From an uncultured virus (IMG/VR IMGVR_UViG_3300042905_003821) (taxonomy: Duplodnaviria; Heunggongvirae; Uroviricota; Caudoviricetes): a stretch of DNA of 64,000 nt. Under the pieces are notes generated by a model that was not told the origin of the DNA, did not search any database, and saw nothing but the letters and a program-made list of their open reading frames with translations. The stretch is taken from IMG/VR virus record IMGVR_UViG_3300042905_003821. One strand, 5' to 3'. Of the stretch, positions 28,295 through 37,260 are shown piece after piece. Numbering within the stretch: the first letter of the stretch is position 1; the number at the start of each line of letters is the position of its first letter. A program made the translations under genes and the position numbers.

Positions 28295-28360
28295 GGGTCG
28301 GCGGCGTGGTTGGAACATCGAGTATCCCACGCCAAGCGGGTAACCAAACCCGCCTGATCC
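28295..28360 (+). ncRNA. tRNA-like element copy F (shortest)
   Basis: GGGTCGG-CGGCGTGG...CCACGCC-aa-GCGGG-taaccaaa-CCCGC-CTGATCC-TTT. Confidence 0.6.
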
Positions 28361-28446
28361 TTTTGTCGGGACTTGTAAACAAGTCCCGACGTTTGCAGTA
28401 CAATACAGTTTTGGTTTTTCAGCAACTAGGCAACAGGAGAGATACC

Positions 28447-28572
28447 ATGCCATCGAAGTCAGGAACGTACAAGTCAACCGTCCCCAAGGAAAAGAAGGGG
28501 GCGAAGGGAACCAAGCCTCCGAAGCAGCCTCCGGCTGCTCCGAAGAAGGGTGGCATGACCAAAGGAAAATAG
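28447..28572 (+). CDS. Small Lys/Pro-rich basic peptide
   Basis: AGGAG RBS; MPSKSGTYKSTVPKEKK... Confidence 0.5.
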   Translation: MPSKSGTYKSTVPKEKKGAKGTKPPKQPPAAPKKGGMTKGK

Positions 28573-28734
28573 AGGTTGATTGCCTCGCGGCTCTCTCCAC
28601 TTGAAGCCGCAAAACAACGGCGACCGGTGTGTGCCTGGGTTTCTTGGTGTAATCTATCTATCCGCCAACTAAACTCTAACGCCCGGTCAGGCAGCGGATT
28701 TTAACAACCTCATTTCTGTGTGCCTGACAAATAC

Positions 28735-28771
28735 ACCACCCACCGCTGGTCTGAGCGGTGGGTGGTTTTTT
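28735..28771 (+). terminator. Rho-independent terminator
   Basis: ACCACCCACCGCT-loop-AGCGGTGGGTGGT followed by a T run. Confidence 0.8.
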
Positions 28772-28794
28772 CATGTCTTTACAAGGGCTAAACG

Positions 28795-29331
28795 ATGACG
28801 ACAACGATTTACGTAGACTGCGATATGGTGCTGGCGGATTGGGTCAAACAGATCCACTACTGGGCGGACAAACCCCTCAAGCCTTGGAAGGCTTGGGATG
28901 GGTTTGCCGAGCATGGGATTACTCAGGCAGACCTCGACGACGCAATGTCGTTCGTCTCGTTCTGGGACTCGATGACTCGACTCCCAGGGGCCAAGAGGCT
29001 ATGGGCCGAAGTCTGCGATCTCGCAGACTCGGCATACGTTTGCACTCGACCATTCCCAGACCCCAATTGCCTATACGGCAGAGCCGTATGGCTCAAGAGG
29101 GAAATGGACATCGAGATTCGGCAAACGATCTTCATGCACGACAAGTACGAACTGGCTCGCCCAGGGGCGATCCTGATCGACGACAATGTCGAGAATTGTC
29201 GGCTTTTTCGGGAGAAAGGGGGTGACGCAATCTTGTACCCGCAATCGTACAACGGTACGATTGCGGTGGAGGACAAAACACAGTACGTCCTCGACCGTCT
29301 CAAGATCATTATGGAGCGTACCGATGCCTAA
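28795..29331 (+). CDS. HAD-family 5'(3')-deoxyribonucleotidase-like protein
   Basis: IYVDCDMVLADW, FWDSM..LPGA, CT.P, K...A...ILIDD. Confidence 0.85.
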   Translation: MTTTIYVDCDMVLADWVKQIHYWADKPLKPWKAWDGFAEHGITQADLDDAMSFVSFWDSMTRLPGAKRLWAEVCDLADSAYVCTRPFPDPNCLYGRAVWLKREMDIEIRQTIFMHDKYELARPGAILIDDNVENCRLFREKGGDAILYPQSYNGTIAVEDKTQYVLDRLKIIMERTDA

Positions 29332-30394
29332 GAAAAAGCCACTCGAAGTCCTACAAGACGCAGCCACCCCCAAGCGAAAGGAACAGAAGTTTCTTTCGCT
29401 TGGATGCCCCCTGCTGAACCTCGCCGTCTCCGGCGATTGGCAGAAGGGGATCATGGCCGGAACCTACGTGTTCTACGTTGGCGATTCGTCCAGCGGCAAG
29501 ACGCTGGCGACGTTGACGTTGTTGGCCGAAGCGGCCAACAACCCTGAGTTCGACGACTACGAGCTATGGCATATCGATGCCGAAGTGGGCAACCACTTCG
29601 ACTTCGAGAAGTTCTTCGGGTCGAAAGCCGCGAAGCGGATTCAGGTGCGTAGGCCCTTGCCGGGGAAGCCGATGCTATTGGAGGAAGTCTACGATTGGTT
29701 GGAGTCTTTGACCAAGGCTGGGAAGAAGTACGTCGCAGTGATCGACTCGATGGACTCTCTTTCTACGGAAGCCAAGGAGAAGCAAATCGCAGAGAATGCC
29801 AAACTACGAGCCGAAGGCAAGGACACCAAAGGTAGCTACGGCGATGCCAAAGCTAAGCTGAATAGTCAATACTTGTCGCGAGCCATAGCGCAGATCGCTG
29901 ACTCAGGCTCCATTCTTTTGACCATTTCACAGACTCGGGACAACATCAACGCAAGCCCCTACGAACCTCAACAAACGCGAGGGGGCGGCCACGCGATGAA
30001 GTTCAACGGCTCTGTTGAAATCTGGACATATCCGGGAAGTGCCATGACGAAAGAAATCAATGGCATCAAACGGAATATCGGGATGATCCCGATATTCAAG
30101 GTGGAGAAGAACCGAGTGAACGGCAGGAAGCGAGTCGTTCGCATCCCGATTATGCCGGATTTCGGCATTGATGCCACGGGAGCCGCCGTCGACTTCTTGG
30201 TGACGGAGAAAGCGTGGGCAGCCGACAACGGTAGGATCACTTCCACCCTGTACGACAAGACCTACAACCGCGAGCAATTGATTCGCAAGATCGAGGACGA
30301 TGGCCGCGAACAAGAGTTGTTCGCGGCAATGCAGGCGTGTTGGGACTCTATCGAGTCCCAACTGACAGTAACCCGTAAGAAAAGGTACGAATAA
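29324..30394 (+). CDS. RecA/UvsX-like recombinase
   Basis: GDSSSGKT, IDAE, VIDSMDSL, ISQTRDNI, GGHAMKF, KNRV. Confidence 0.9.
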   Translation: MPKKKPLEVLQDAATPKRKEQKFLSLGCPLLNLAVSGDWQKGIMAGTYVFYVGDSSSGKTLATLTLLAEAANNPEFDDYELWHIDAEVGNHFDFEKFFGSKAAKRIQVRRPLPGKPMLLEEVYDWLESLTKAGKKYVAVIDSMDSLSTEAKEKQIAENAKLRAEGKDTKGSYGDAKAKLNSQYLSRAIAQIADSGSILLTISQTRDNINASPYEPQQTRGGGHAMKFNGSVEIWTYPGSAMTKEINGIKRNIGMIPIFKVEKNRVNGRKRVVRIPIMPDFGIDATGAAVDFLVTEKAWAADNGRITSTLYDKTYNREQLIRKIEDDGREQELFAAMQACWDSIESQLTVTRKKRYE

Positions 30395-30395
30395 A

Positions 30396-30614
30396 ATGGA
30401 CGAACTGATTGAGCAGATCCGATCTGCGGCTCTGAACGTAGAGCAAAAAGTGCTGTCAGGGGATGCCCTGACAGCCGACGAAAAGACTGAGGTTTTGGTC
30501 AAGGTCAAGACTGATCTCGCAAACCTGCGAGATCAGTTGCATGAAATCGGCCACAAGCTCGAAGGCATTGCAGTTATCCGCAATGTCTTGAGAGAAGCTC
30601 GGAGGCAACAGTGA
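30396..30614 (+). CDS. Hypothetical helical protein
   Basis: Coupled ORF. Confidence 0.55.
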   Translation: MDELIEQIRSAALNVEQKVLSGDALTADEKTEVLVKVKTDLANLRDQLHEIGHKLEGIAVIRNVLREARRQQ

Positions 30615-30946
30615 CCGGAGTGCCATACAAATTAACCGACGAGCATCGTAAGATGCTCGGTCGGTTCGTAGCCCGAGTTGTCGAGTTTCTCGAAGCTGGG
30701 ATTGACTACTCTGGGGGTGAATCCTATGAGATTCACCCACGATGCCTATTAGGCATGGCCGTAAAGGTCACCTTGCGTCTGGCAGCATCGGATGGGAATG
30801 TGTACAAGTTAGACACCTTCTTCGACATGGAACCTTGCACTAGCAACGAACACAGAATGGAACTGTTTATTCGTACCACGCTCACAGAAGCCTTACGTCG
30901 CTTTAGGAAGCGACCGCTCCCTAAACCAGAAGTGGAGGCCCCATGA
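30611..30946 (+). CDS. Hypothetical protein
   Basis: GGAGG RBS, GTG start. Confidence 0.55.
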   Translation: MTGVPYKLTDEHRKMLGRFVARVVEFLEAGIDYSGGESYEIHPRCLLGMAVKVTLRLAASDGNVYKLDTFFDMEPCTSNEHRMELFIRTTLTEALRRFRKRPLPKPEVEAP

Positions 30947-31791
30947 CCGCCGATGCTCGCTACGCGATCATCGACGTAAGCAACCTCGCTTACGCTCGAT
31001 GGCATACCATCCCGCCACAGTTCTGGCGGGATGACCCCGGCACGCTGTTCAAGGCGTTGCATCAGTCCTGCAACAAGTTGCAGGACGATTTATGCGTGGA
31101 CACGCTGATCTTTTGCTTCGATGGCGGATACGACTATCGAAAGCAGATCGACCCTGCCTACAAGCAACCTCGCAAAGAAGCGAGGTTGCAGGCTCCTGAG
31201 GACGAGAAAGAACTCCGACAGATCTTGTACGACCAGATGGCAGCGTTCCGAGAGATCCACTTGCCGACCATCGGGGCCAACAACATCTTCTGGGCCAAAG
31301 GATTCGAGGCCGACGATTTGATCGCTTCGTGCGTCAAGCACCTTCCGAATGCTCGGAAGGTGTACATCGTCAGCAACGACGAGGATCTCTACCAGATGAT
31401 CGAGGGCAGCCGGGTGGTAGTCTACCGCCCGGCTTCCAAAACGGTTGTCAATGAGGAGGATTTCCGAAGGAAACACTCCGAGATGCCACCATGCCTTTAC
31501 GCTTCGGCAAAGGCATGGGCAGGCTGTTCGTCCGACAATGTTGTCGGACTGACAGGCATTGGTATGGCGAAGGCGGCAAAATTTTTAATGGGAAAAGGGA
31601 AACCTGAGTTCCGAAAACGCTTCACTGACCACGTAGAAGTGTATAACAAGAACATCCAGCTTACGAAGCTCCCCGCTCCGGGGACTCCCGAGTGTCGACC
31701 TGTTCCACAGGTCGACGCTTTGAACTGGGCGATGATGGGCCGAGTATTCGACAGCGTAGCACAACGAACACCGAAAGGCATCAAGAAATGA
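30943..31791 (+). CDS. 5'-3' exonuclease / flap endonuclease (T4 RNase H-like)
   Basis: IIDVSN, FCFDG, R....AYK..R, FEADDLIA, SNDEDLYQ, SDNVVG..GIG..KA. Confidence 0.92.
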   Translation: MTADARYAIIDVSNLAYARWHTIPPQFWRDDPGTLFKALHQSCNKLQDDLCVDTLIFCFDGGYDYRKQIDPAYKQPRKEARLQAPEDEKELRQILYDQMAAFREIHLPTIGANNIFWAKGFEADDLIASCVKHLPNARKVYIVSNDEDLYQMIEGSRVVVYRPASKTVVNEEDFRRKHSEMPPCLYASAKAWAGCSSDNVVGLTGIGMAKAAKFLMGKGKPEFRKRFTDHVEVYNKNIQLTKLPAPGTPECRPVPQVDALNWAMMGRVFDSVAQRTPKGIKK

Positions 31792-32096
31792 GCATTCGAC
31801 TCACCCGACGACAGTGGATAGACTCCAACAAGAAGCCGGAAGATTTGCGTTCTCCTGAGGAACGCAAAGCCTCCAAGAAGAACAACCCAACCACTCAAGC
31901 GAGGAAAGCCCCCCGACAAGTTCGCTTCCGCGAACTTGTCCAAGCCGTCGAACAGCAGTGGGACGGCCATGAGGTCATCAAAGACAAGCGAGTGCTGGAA
32001 GCAGTCGCGAGGCGAGCCAGCTTGTGGAGTGTAGAGCAGGCTCGCGCAGCGAGCCTGTGGAACCAGCGACTCAGCAACAAGGGGGAATCGGAATAA
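31788..32096 (+). CDS. Hypothetical basic protein
   Basis: Coupled ORF. Confidence 0.5.
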   Translation: MSIRLTRRQWIDSNKKPEDLRSPEERKASKKNNPTTQARKAPRQVRFRELVQAVEQQWDGHEVIKDKRVLEAVARRASLWSVEQARAASLWNQRLSNKGESE

Positions 32097-32542
32097 TGGA
32101 AAACACCGACACTCCAACACTCGGTAAGCTCATCGGGGCGGCAGATGCCAAGGCGTCTGCGCACATTGAGACGCTCGGCTACTTGGCTTTTGTTACGGGC
32201 AGTAAGGCTCTTGGAAGTTCAGGCCCCGAATCCGATGTTGATCTGGTCGTCGTTACCGATCCGACCACAAGCGATGCCCTCACGCAAATATCGGACCAAG
32301 GTACATTGCCCTGCCGATTCGGCGGGGCCTGTGGCTTGAACCTGATCTTTTGCTACGATGCTATTGAGTATCACATGTGGCTGACGGCTTTGTTCACTTG
32401 CACCTGCTTGCAGGCGGCCTATGGCCGTCTGCTGACGAAAGACGAACGTAAGGAAGTCCACGTTTTGGTTGCCGAATACTTCGACAAGCCGAACTACTTC
32501 AACGACCGCCCCATTTCTCAAGTACCTAGCGAAGTCGAATAA
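32096..32542 (+). CDS. Minimal nucleotidyltransferase (Pol beta superfamily)
   Basis: FVTGSKALG....ESDVDLVV. Confidence 0.7.
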   Translation: MENTDTPTLGKLIGAADAKASAHIETLGYLAFVTGSKALGSSGPESDVDLVVVTDPTTSDALTQISDQGTLPCRFGGACGLNLIFCYDAIEYHMWLTALFTCTCLQAAYGRLLTKDERKEVHVLVAEYFDKPNYFNDRPISQVPSEVE

Positions 32543-32736
32543 TGGACAGTAAGGAACCCACGACGGATGCCGTCGTATTGTTCTTGGAGCGAGAGATTGC
32601 CCAAGTTGAAAATTCTCGGTACGGGGAGGAGGAGCGGCGATCCCCAGGGATTACGGCTTCTTTATACCAAGCACTCGAAAGAAGAAAAAAAGAAATCGCA
32701 CACCAACCGGCCCCCTCGGAGGCGAACAATGCCTAA
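32542..32736 (+). CDS. Hypothetical protein
   Basis: Coupled ORF. Confidence 0.45.
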   Translation: MDSKEPTTDAVVLFLEREIAQVENSRYGEEERRSPGITASLYQALERRKKEIAHQPAPSEANNA

Positions 32737-33085
32737 AATTCTAGTTTTTAAGGAGTTCACCTTCTACGCCGCCCACAGTGTGAGTTGCTTTGGAGTCGAA
32801 CACAAGTGCAACCGAATACACGGGCACACCTACCACCTTAGGGTCACAGTGGGCTCGGACCTTGAGTATCCTTATGAATTCGGCGTTTTGGAGAAAGACT
32901 GCTTAGCCATCATTGGGGTGCTGGATCACAGCAACTTGAATGACCACTCGCAGAGGATCGGCGGTGAGCCGACCACCGAAAGATTGGCTACGTGGATATT
33001 TGATGAACTGCGAAAGACAGGATGCCCTGTCTTTCGCGTCGAGTTGCGAGAAACTAACACATCAGGAGTGGTGATTGAACAATGA
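32729..33085 (+). CDS. queD: 6-carboxytetrahydropterin synthase
   Basis: F.AAH, C.RIHGHTY, LDHSNLND, PTTE.LA, ET. Confidence 0.93.
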   Translation: MPKILVFKEFTFYAAHSVSCFGVEHKCNRIHGHTYHLRVTVGSDLEYPYEFGVLEKDCLAIIGVLDHSNLNDHSQRIGGEPTTERLATWIFDELRKTGCPVFRVELRETNTSGVVIEQ

Positions 33086-33714
33086 AAATTCTTTTAGACA
33101 CATCAACGAAGCGAGCTACCGCCGCAGGACTGCCCAATGACCTTGTCATTGGGCAGTTGATAACCCCGCTGACGGGGTTCAAGCGGTGGGCGGAGGTCTT
33201 TGCTATCGACAACGGGGCGTTCACTCGATTCGATGCGCAAGCGTTCAGGAACTTGTTGATTCGCGAAACACCCGCATCCCAACAATGCTTATTCGTGTGC
33301 TGCCCAGACGTGGTCGGCAATGCCCGACGTACACTAGAGATCTACGAAAGGAAGTACAAGTACATTCCCGTTTCGTGGCAATCTGCGCTGGTAGCTCAGG
33401 ATGGGCTAGAGGATTTGGAAGTACCTTGGCACGACCTGGACTGTTTGTTTATCGGCGGACGAGATCCGTGGAAAGACTCTCAGTGCGCCCAAGACCTAGT
33501 CAAAGCCGCAGTCGTTCTCGGCAAGCACGTTCACATAGGTCGAGTCAACACTCCTGAGCGGTACGAACTGTTCGCGAACCTGGGAGCGCATACTTGTGAC
33601 GGATCGGGCATCGCTAGGTATCCCGCTGTTAAATTACCCAGTATGCAAGAAGCACATGACAAGTTTGTAGCAAGCTCAACCAAAACCGAAGAAGGGGAGG
33701 ACGACCATGAATAA
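33082..33714 (+). CDS. dpdA: DpdA-like (TGT-fold) DNA 7-deazaguanine transglycosylase
   Basis: AIDNGAF, PDVVG, VAQDG, FIGG, HVHIG, DGSG TGT-like motifs; lies inside the que cluster. Confidence 0.7.
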   Translation: MKILLDTSTKRATAAGLPNDLVIGQLITPLTGFKRWAEVFAIDNGAFTRFDAQAFRNLLIRETPASQQCLFVCCPDVVGNARRTLEIYERKYKYIPVSWQSALVAQDGLEDLEVPWHDLDCLFIGGRDPWKDSQCAQDLVKAAVVLGKHVHIGRVNTPERYELFANLGAHTCDGSGIARYPAVKLPSMQEAHDKFVASSTKTEEGEDDHE

Positions 33715-34312
33715 GTGCGTCTGTTTGCTTTCAGGCGGAATGGACTCTACTGCGCTGGTTACGAAGCTGGTGCGGGATGGGCTGCATCCTCTGTGCGTCA
33801 GTTTTGATTACGGCCAACGACATCGCAAGGAGCTTCGATACGCCACCCGAACGGCGGAGAAGCTCCAACTTCGCCATTTGGTTTTGGAAGCTCCTATTCA
33901 GAGTTCTAGTGCCCTAAGGGGACATTCTGACATCCCCGAAAACCTCGAACCTTCGGATTCCGGTCAATCTCCGACCGTGGTTCCGGGTAGGAATCTAGTG
34001 TTGGTTTCCTTAGCTATGACGGTCGGCGAAGGTCCGGTTTATCTAGGGTGTAATGCCGACGACGCCGCTGTATATGCGGATTGTCGCCCTAGTTTCATCA
34101 CCCACCTGTCTCTAGCCACCCAACATGCGTATGGGAGATCCGTAGAGGCTCCTTTCGTGAGTATGACCAAGCGGGATATTTATCGACTCTACCGCGAGTT
34201 GGGCTTGAAACCATCGGATTCATGGTCATGCTATAACGGCAGAGGAACTGCGTGCGGAGTGTGTGGTCCTTGCATAGCTATTCAGGAGGCAAAAGAATCG
34301 TGGGCAAAATAG
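33707..34312 (+). CDS. queC: 7-cyano-7-deazaguanine synthase
   Basis: LLSGGMDS, YGQRH, VVPGRN, YADCRP.F, SWSCY, CGVCGPC. Confidence 0.95.
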   Translation: MNKCVCLLSGGMDSTALVTKLVRDGLHPLCVSFDYGQRHRKELRYATRTAEKLQLRHLVLEAPIQSSSALRGHSDIPENLEPSDSGQSPTVVPGRNLVLVSLAMTVGEGPVYLGCNADDAAVYADCRPSFITHLSLATQHAYGRSVEAPFVSMTKRDIYRLYRELGLKPSDSWSCYNGRGTACGVCGPCIAIQEAKESWAK

Positions 34313-34881
34313 GCATAGCCAAGATATTTGAGTCGTTTCAGGGAGAGGGCCAGTTTGCAGGTTCGTACACTTTGTTCATACGAACTTCTGGATGCTCTGT
34401 AGGGTGTCCGCAATGCGACACAGACTACCGGAGAACCGGGTGGCTAGACATGGACGCCGTGTCTGAGAGGATGCGACTATTCACAGGTAAATTCTTGTGG
34501 GTAACTGGCGGTGAGCCTACCGATTGGCAGGGAGTAGATGCCCTAGCAAAAGTAGCCGTCGCTTGTGGGCTGTTTCCTATAATGGCTACCTCGGGCGTGC
34601 GTGCTGTTTCGGATTGTTGGCACACGTATTGCAGCCCCCACAGGCCCGAACAGACTCAACTCAACTTCCACGATCAGATAAATCTCGTACCGGGGCTAAA
34701 CGGACTGTCGCAGGAGTCCTGTGTTCGGTACTTACAAGAATGGGCGTACACGACAGCCTACATCACCCCACTCCACGGAGACGCCGAGTCCTTGCAAGTC
34801 TGCAAGGACTTAGTGCGACAATTCACCAAGAAAGACGTTCGGCTGGGTCATCAGTCACATAAAGTATGGGAGGTCGAATAA
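34300..34881 (+). CDS. queE: 7-carboxy-7-deazaguanine synthase (radical SAM)
   Basis: IFESFQGEG, FIRTSGCSVGCPQCDT, TGGEP, QSHK. Confidence 0.93.
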   Translation: MGKIGIAKIFESFQGEGQFAGSYTLFIRTSGCSVGCPQCDTDYRRTGWLDMDAVSERMRLFTGKFLWVTGGEPTDWQGVDALAKVAVACGLFPIMATSGVRAVSDCWHTYCSPHRPEQTQLNFHDQINLVPGLNGLSQESCVRYLQEWAYTTAYITPLHGDAESLQVCKDLVRQFTKKDVRLGHQSHKVWEVE

Positions 34882-35492
34882 TGCCCAAGAAAAAAGCCAC
34901 AACCGAGGCTCCGGCCAAGAAAAAACGCAAGGGTAATCCGCAAAAAGGCTCCGCTTTCGAGCGAGACTTCGCTCGAAAGCTATCCTTATGGTGGAGCGAA
35001 GGTAAAGCCGACGACTGGTTCTGGCGGCTTGGTGGCTCGGGAGGCCGAGCCACCAACCGGGCCAAGTCAGGCAGGAACACAGCCAATGGCTACGGGGACA
35101 TTGCTGCGCAATGTCCCGAAGCGCAGAAGTTGTTGAACATCGTGACCTTTGAACTCAAGCGAGGGTACAACAGCACGACAATCCAAGACCTGATTGACAA
35201 GCCCAACGGGCCGAATCAGATGCGGGACTTCATCGAGCAAGCGAAGCGTTCCGCTTCGCTTGCGGGTACTCCGTTTTGGATTCTGGTTCTCAAGAGGGAT
35301 TTGCGAGAAGAATTGATCGTGACCAACCTGTCGGGCGGCAGCATCGCTGCCTCGATATTTCCTGGGCTACGGCTTGACTTACACTCCGACGAGAATGTTT
35401 TCCAAGCGTCTGTTTTTTGGAGCGATTGGAGACGAGATTTCTTCAAAAAAGAGGCGAAGAACCACTACATACTGTATGGAGTTCCACAATGA
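34881..35492 (+). CDS. Holliday junction resolvase (PD-(D/E)XK)
   Basis: KGSAFER, SGG.A, GDI, FELKRGY. Confidence 0.8.
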   Translation: MPKKKATTEAPAKKKRKGNPQKGSAFERDFARKLSLWWSEGKADDWFWRLGGSGGRATNRAKSGRNTANGYGDIAAQCPEAQKLLNIVTFELKRGYNSTTIQDLIDKPNGPNQMRDFIEQAKRSASLAGTPFWILVLKRDLREELIVTNLSGGSIAASIFPGLRLDLHSDENVFQASVFWSDWRRDFFKKEAKNHYILYGVPQ

Positions 35493-36496
35493 AAATCCAG
35501 CGTAAAGAATTCCTTCGCCACCTAGAGTCCTGCGCCCCCGGCTTGTCCTCTACCGACAATATCGAGCAGTCGGAATGCTTCCTGTTCACGAACGGGAAGG
35601 TCTACACGTTCAACGACGAGGTACTGTGCCAACAGGATACCGTAGTCAACTTCCGATGCGCGGCTCCTGCGAAGCCGCTTTTGGAAACCCTGCGAAAGCT
35701 GACCGAGGACGAGATTGACATCTCGCTCAAGGACAGCCAGTTGGTCATCAAGTGTGCCAACATCCGGCAGATCAAACTCAACATCCAACTCGATGTCATC
35801 CCCCACTACGAGTCGGTGGATGCCCCCGGCGAGTGGTCCGACGTTCCCCCGGTGTTCGCAGACGCATTGGCGATGGCCGCCGATTCGGCGGCCAAAGACT
35901 CCGAGGCATGGGAACTGACCTGCGTGGAGCTAAGCTCCCGTGGCCTACAGGCCACGGATGTGTTTCAGGCAGTCCGCTACAAGCTGGACTGCCCCATCAG
36001 CAAGCCGACGCTTATCAAGCGTGCGGCTTGCGGTGCGGTCAACGAACTCGGCGTAGCTGCGCTCGCCGAGTCCGCAGGGTGGGTGCATTTCAAAACGTAC
36101 ACCGGACTGCAAGTTGCAGTCCGGGCGTACAGCGGGACGTTGCCGGATCTGTCTGATGCGTTCCGGTCAGAATCGGAGGCGAGCCTCCGATTCCCGAGCA
36201 GTCTGCTCGACGCCTTGCAGAAGGCGGCGGCGTTCCTCGCTGATACCGGAACTGGGAAGCAAGCCCAGTTCCGGCTCAAGCCCGGAAAAATAATGGTGCG
36301 TGGGCAGAACGAAAGTGGGATTTATGAGGAGGTCCGGGACGTAGAATATGACGGGCCGCCGAAGTGCTTCGGGATCAACCCGAAGCACATCCAGACGTTG
36401 CTCAAGCATGACTATCCTGTATCCCTCACGCAATCCGCTCTGCGGATTCGTGGGGAGAATTTTGTGTATCTGACCAGTACGGAGAACATCGTATGA
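35489..36496 (+). CDS. Sliding clamp (DNA Pol III beta-like)
   Basis: ~335 aa three-domain pattern; ATD motif, GINPK.I..LL; clamp loader present. Confidence 0.75.
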   Translation: MKIQRKEFLRHLESCAPGLSSTDNIEQSECFLFTNGKVYTFNDEVLCQQDTVVNFRCAAPAKPLLETLRKLTEDEIDISLKDSQLVIKCANIRQIKLNIQLDVIPHYESVDAPGEWSDVPPVFADALAMAADSAAKDSEAWELTCVELSSRGLQATDVFQAVRYKLDCPISKPTLIKRAACGAVNELGVAALAESAGWVHFKTYTGLQVAVRAYSGTLPDLSDAFRSESEASLRFPSSLLDALQKAAAFLADTGTGKQAQFRLKPGKIMVRGQNESGIYEEVRDVEYDGPPKCFGINPKHIQTLLKHDYPVSLTQSALRIRGENFVYLTSTENIV

Positions 36497-37260
36497 AAGA
36501 GCTTAAAAAAGGTGATAGGGTCTGGGTGTTGTGTAAAGTGATTGCACCCTGGGAAAACCTAATGAAAGTGACGGGAAGCAGCGATGAAAACTGGTTTTAT
36601 GCTGACCAGGATCATTGCCGACCTGTCGAACCGCCTGAATGCCCTCAAGGTTTTCGGCATTTGGAGAAGGGTGAGAGAATCCTTGCCTCCGATATCCCTG
36701 TTGTACCTGCGGTACAACAGGCTTGGAATCAGAACGAATTCCGCGACGTTGCCCCTTTTCTGCCGAGCCCCGGAGACAGGGTGCGAGTCGCGGCTGACGG
36801 AGGACCATTTATGCGACATTCGGGGACCATCGTAACGGTTAATCCTACATATTGCGAGGTAGTTCTCGATAGAAATGGGCACACCCATGCGATTGATACG
36901 GACAGACTCGAACAGATGCGAGAGGCGTACCCCTCCGACACCTGCGAAGCCGAAATCAAAGTCGAAGGGGAAGATACTCCACCGACAACGACAAGCAAGG
37001 ACTACTACGGCCCGGACATAAGCAAGGTCACTTTCCAGTTCACGCAAACGCCGAACACCCTCGGCACGACGGACCCTTCTGGCGTAGGGTCCGAGGACAT
37101 CACCATCGATTGTGAATATCAACTCCCTGGTGAGGAGCCGTTTTTCGTCATCCGATCCGATTCGGGGTGGTCGTTTGACGACCCCGAATCGTTCCTCAAG
37201 CTCCTACTCTCCGTCAAGGAAGCCGAAGAAAAATGCCGCTGTTCGCTTCCACAAAGCTAA
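36493..37260 (+). CDS. Hypothetical mosaic protein with KOW/SH3-like segments
   Basis: LKKGDRVWV; PGDRVRVAADGGPF..HSGTIV.V. Confidence 0.6.
   Translation: MKELKKGDRVWVLCKVIAPWENLMKVTGSSDENWFYADQDHCRPVEPPECPQGFRHLEKGERILASDIPVVPAVQQAWNQNEFRDVAPFLPSPGDRVRVAADGGPFMRHSGTIVTVNPTYCEVVLDRNGHTHAIDTDRLEQMREAYPSDTCEAEIKVEGEDTPPTTTSKDYYGPDISKVTFQFTQTPNTLGTTDPSGVGSEDITIDCEYQLPGEEPFFVIRSDSGWSFDDPESFLKLLLSVKEAEEKCRCSLPQS

Noticed and set aside
22265..28360. Canonical tRNA genes
   Set aside because: No standard D-arm/anticodon-arm geometry, no TTC T-loop, no CCA, lengths 66-140 nt; reported as tRNA-like instead
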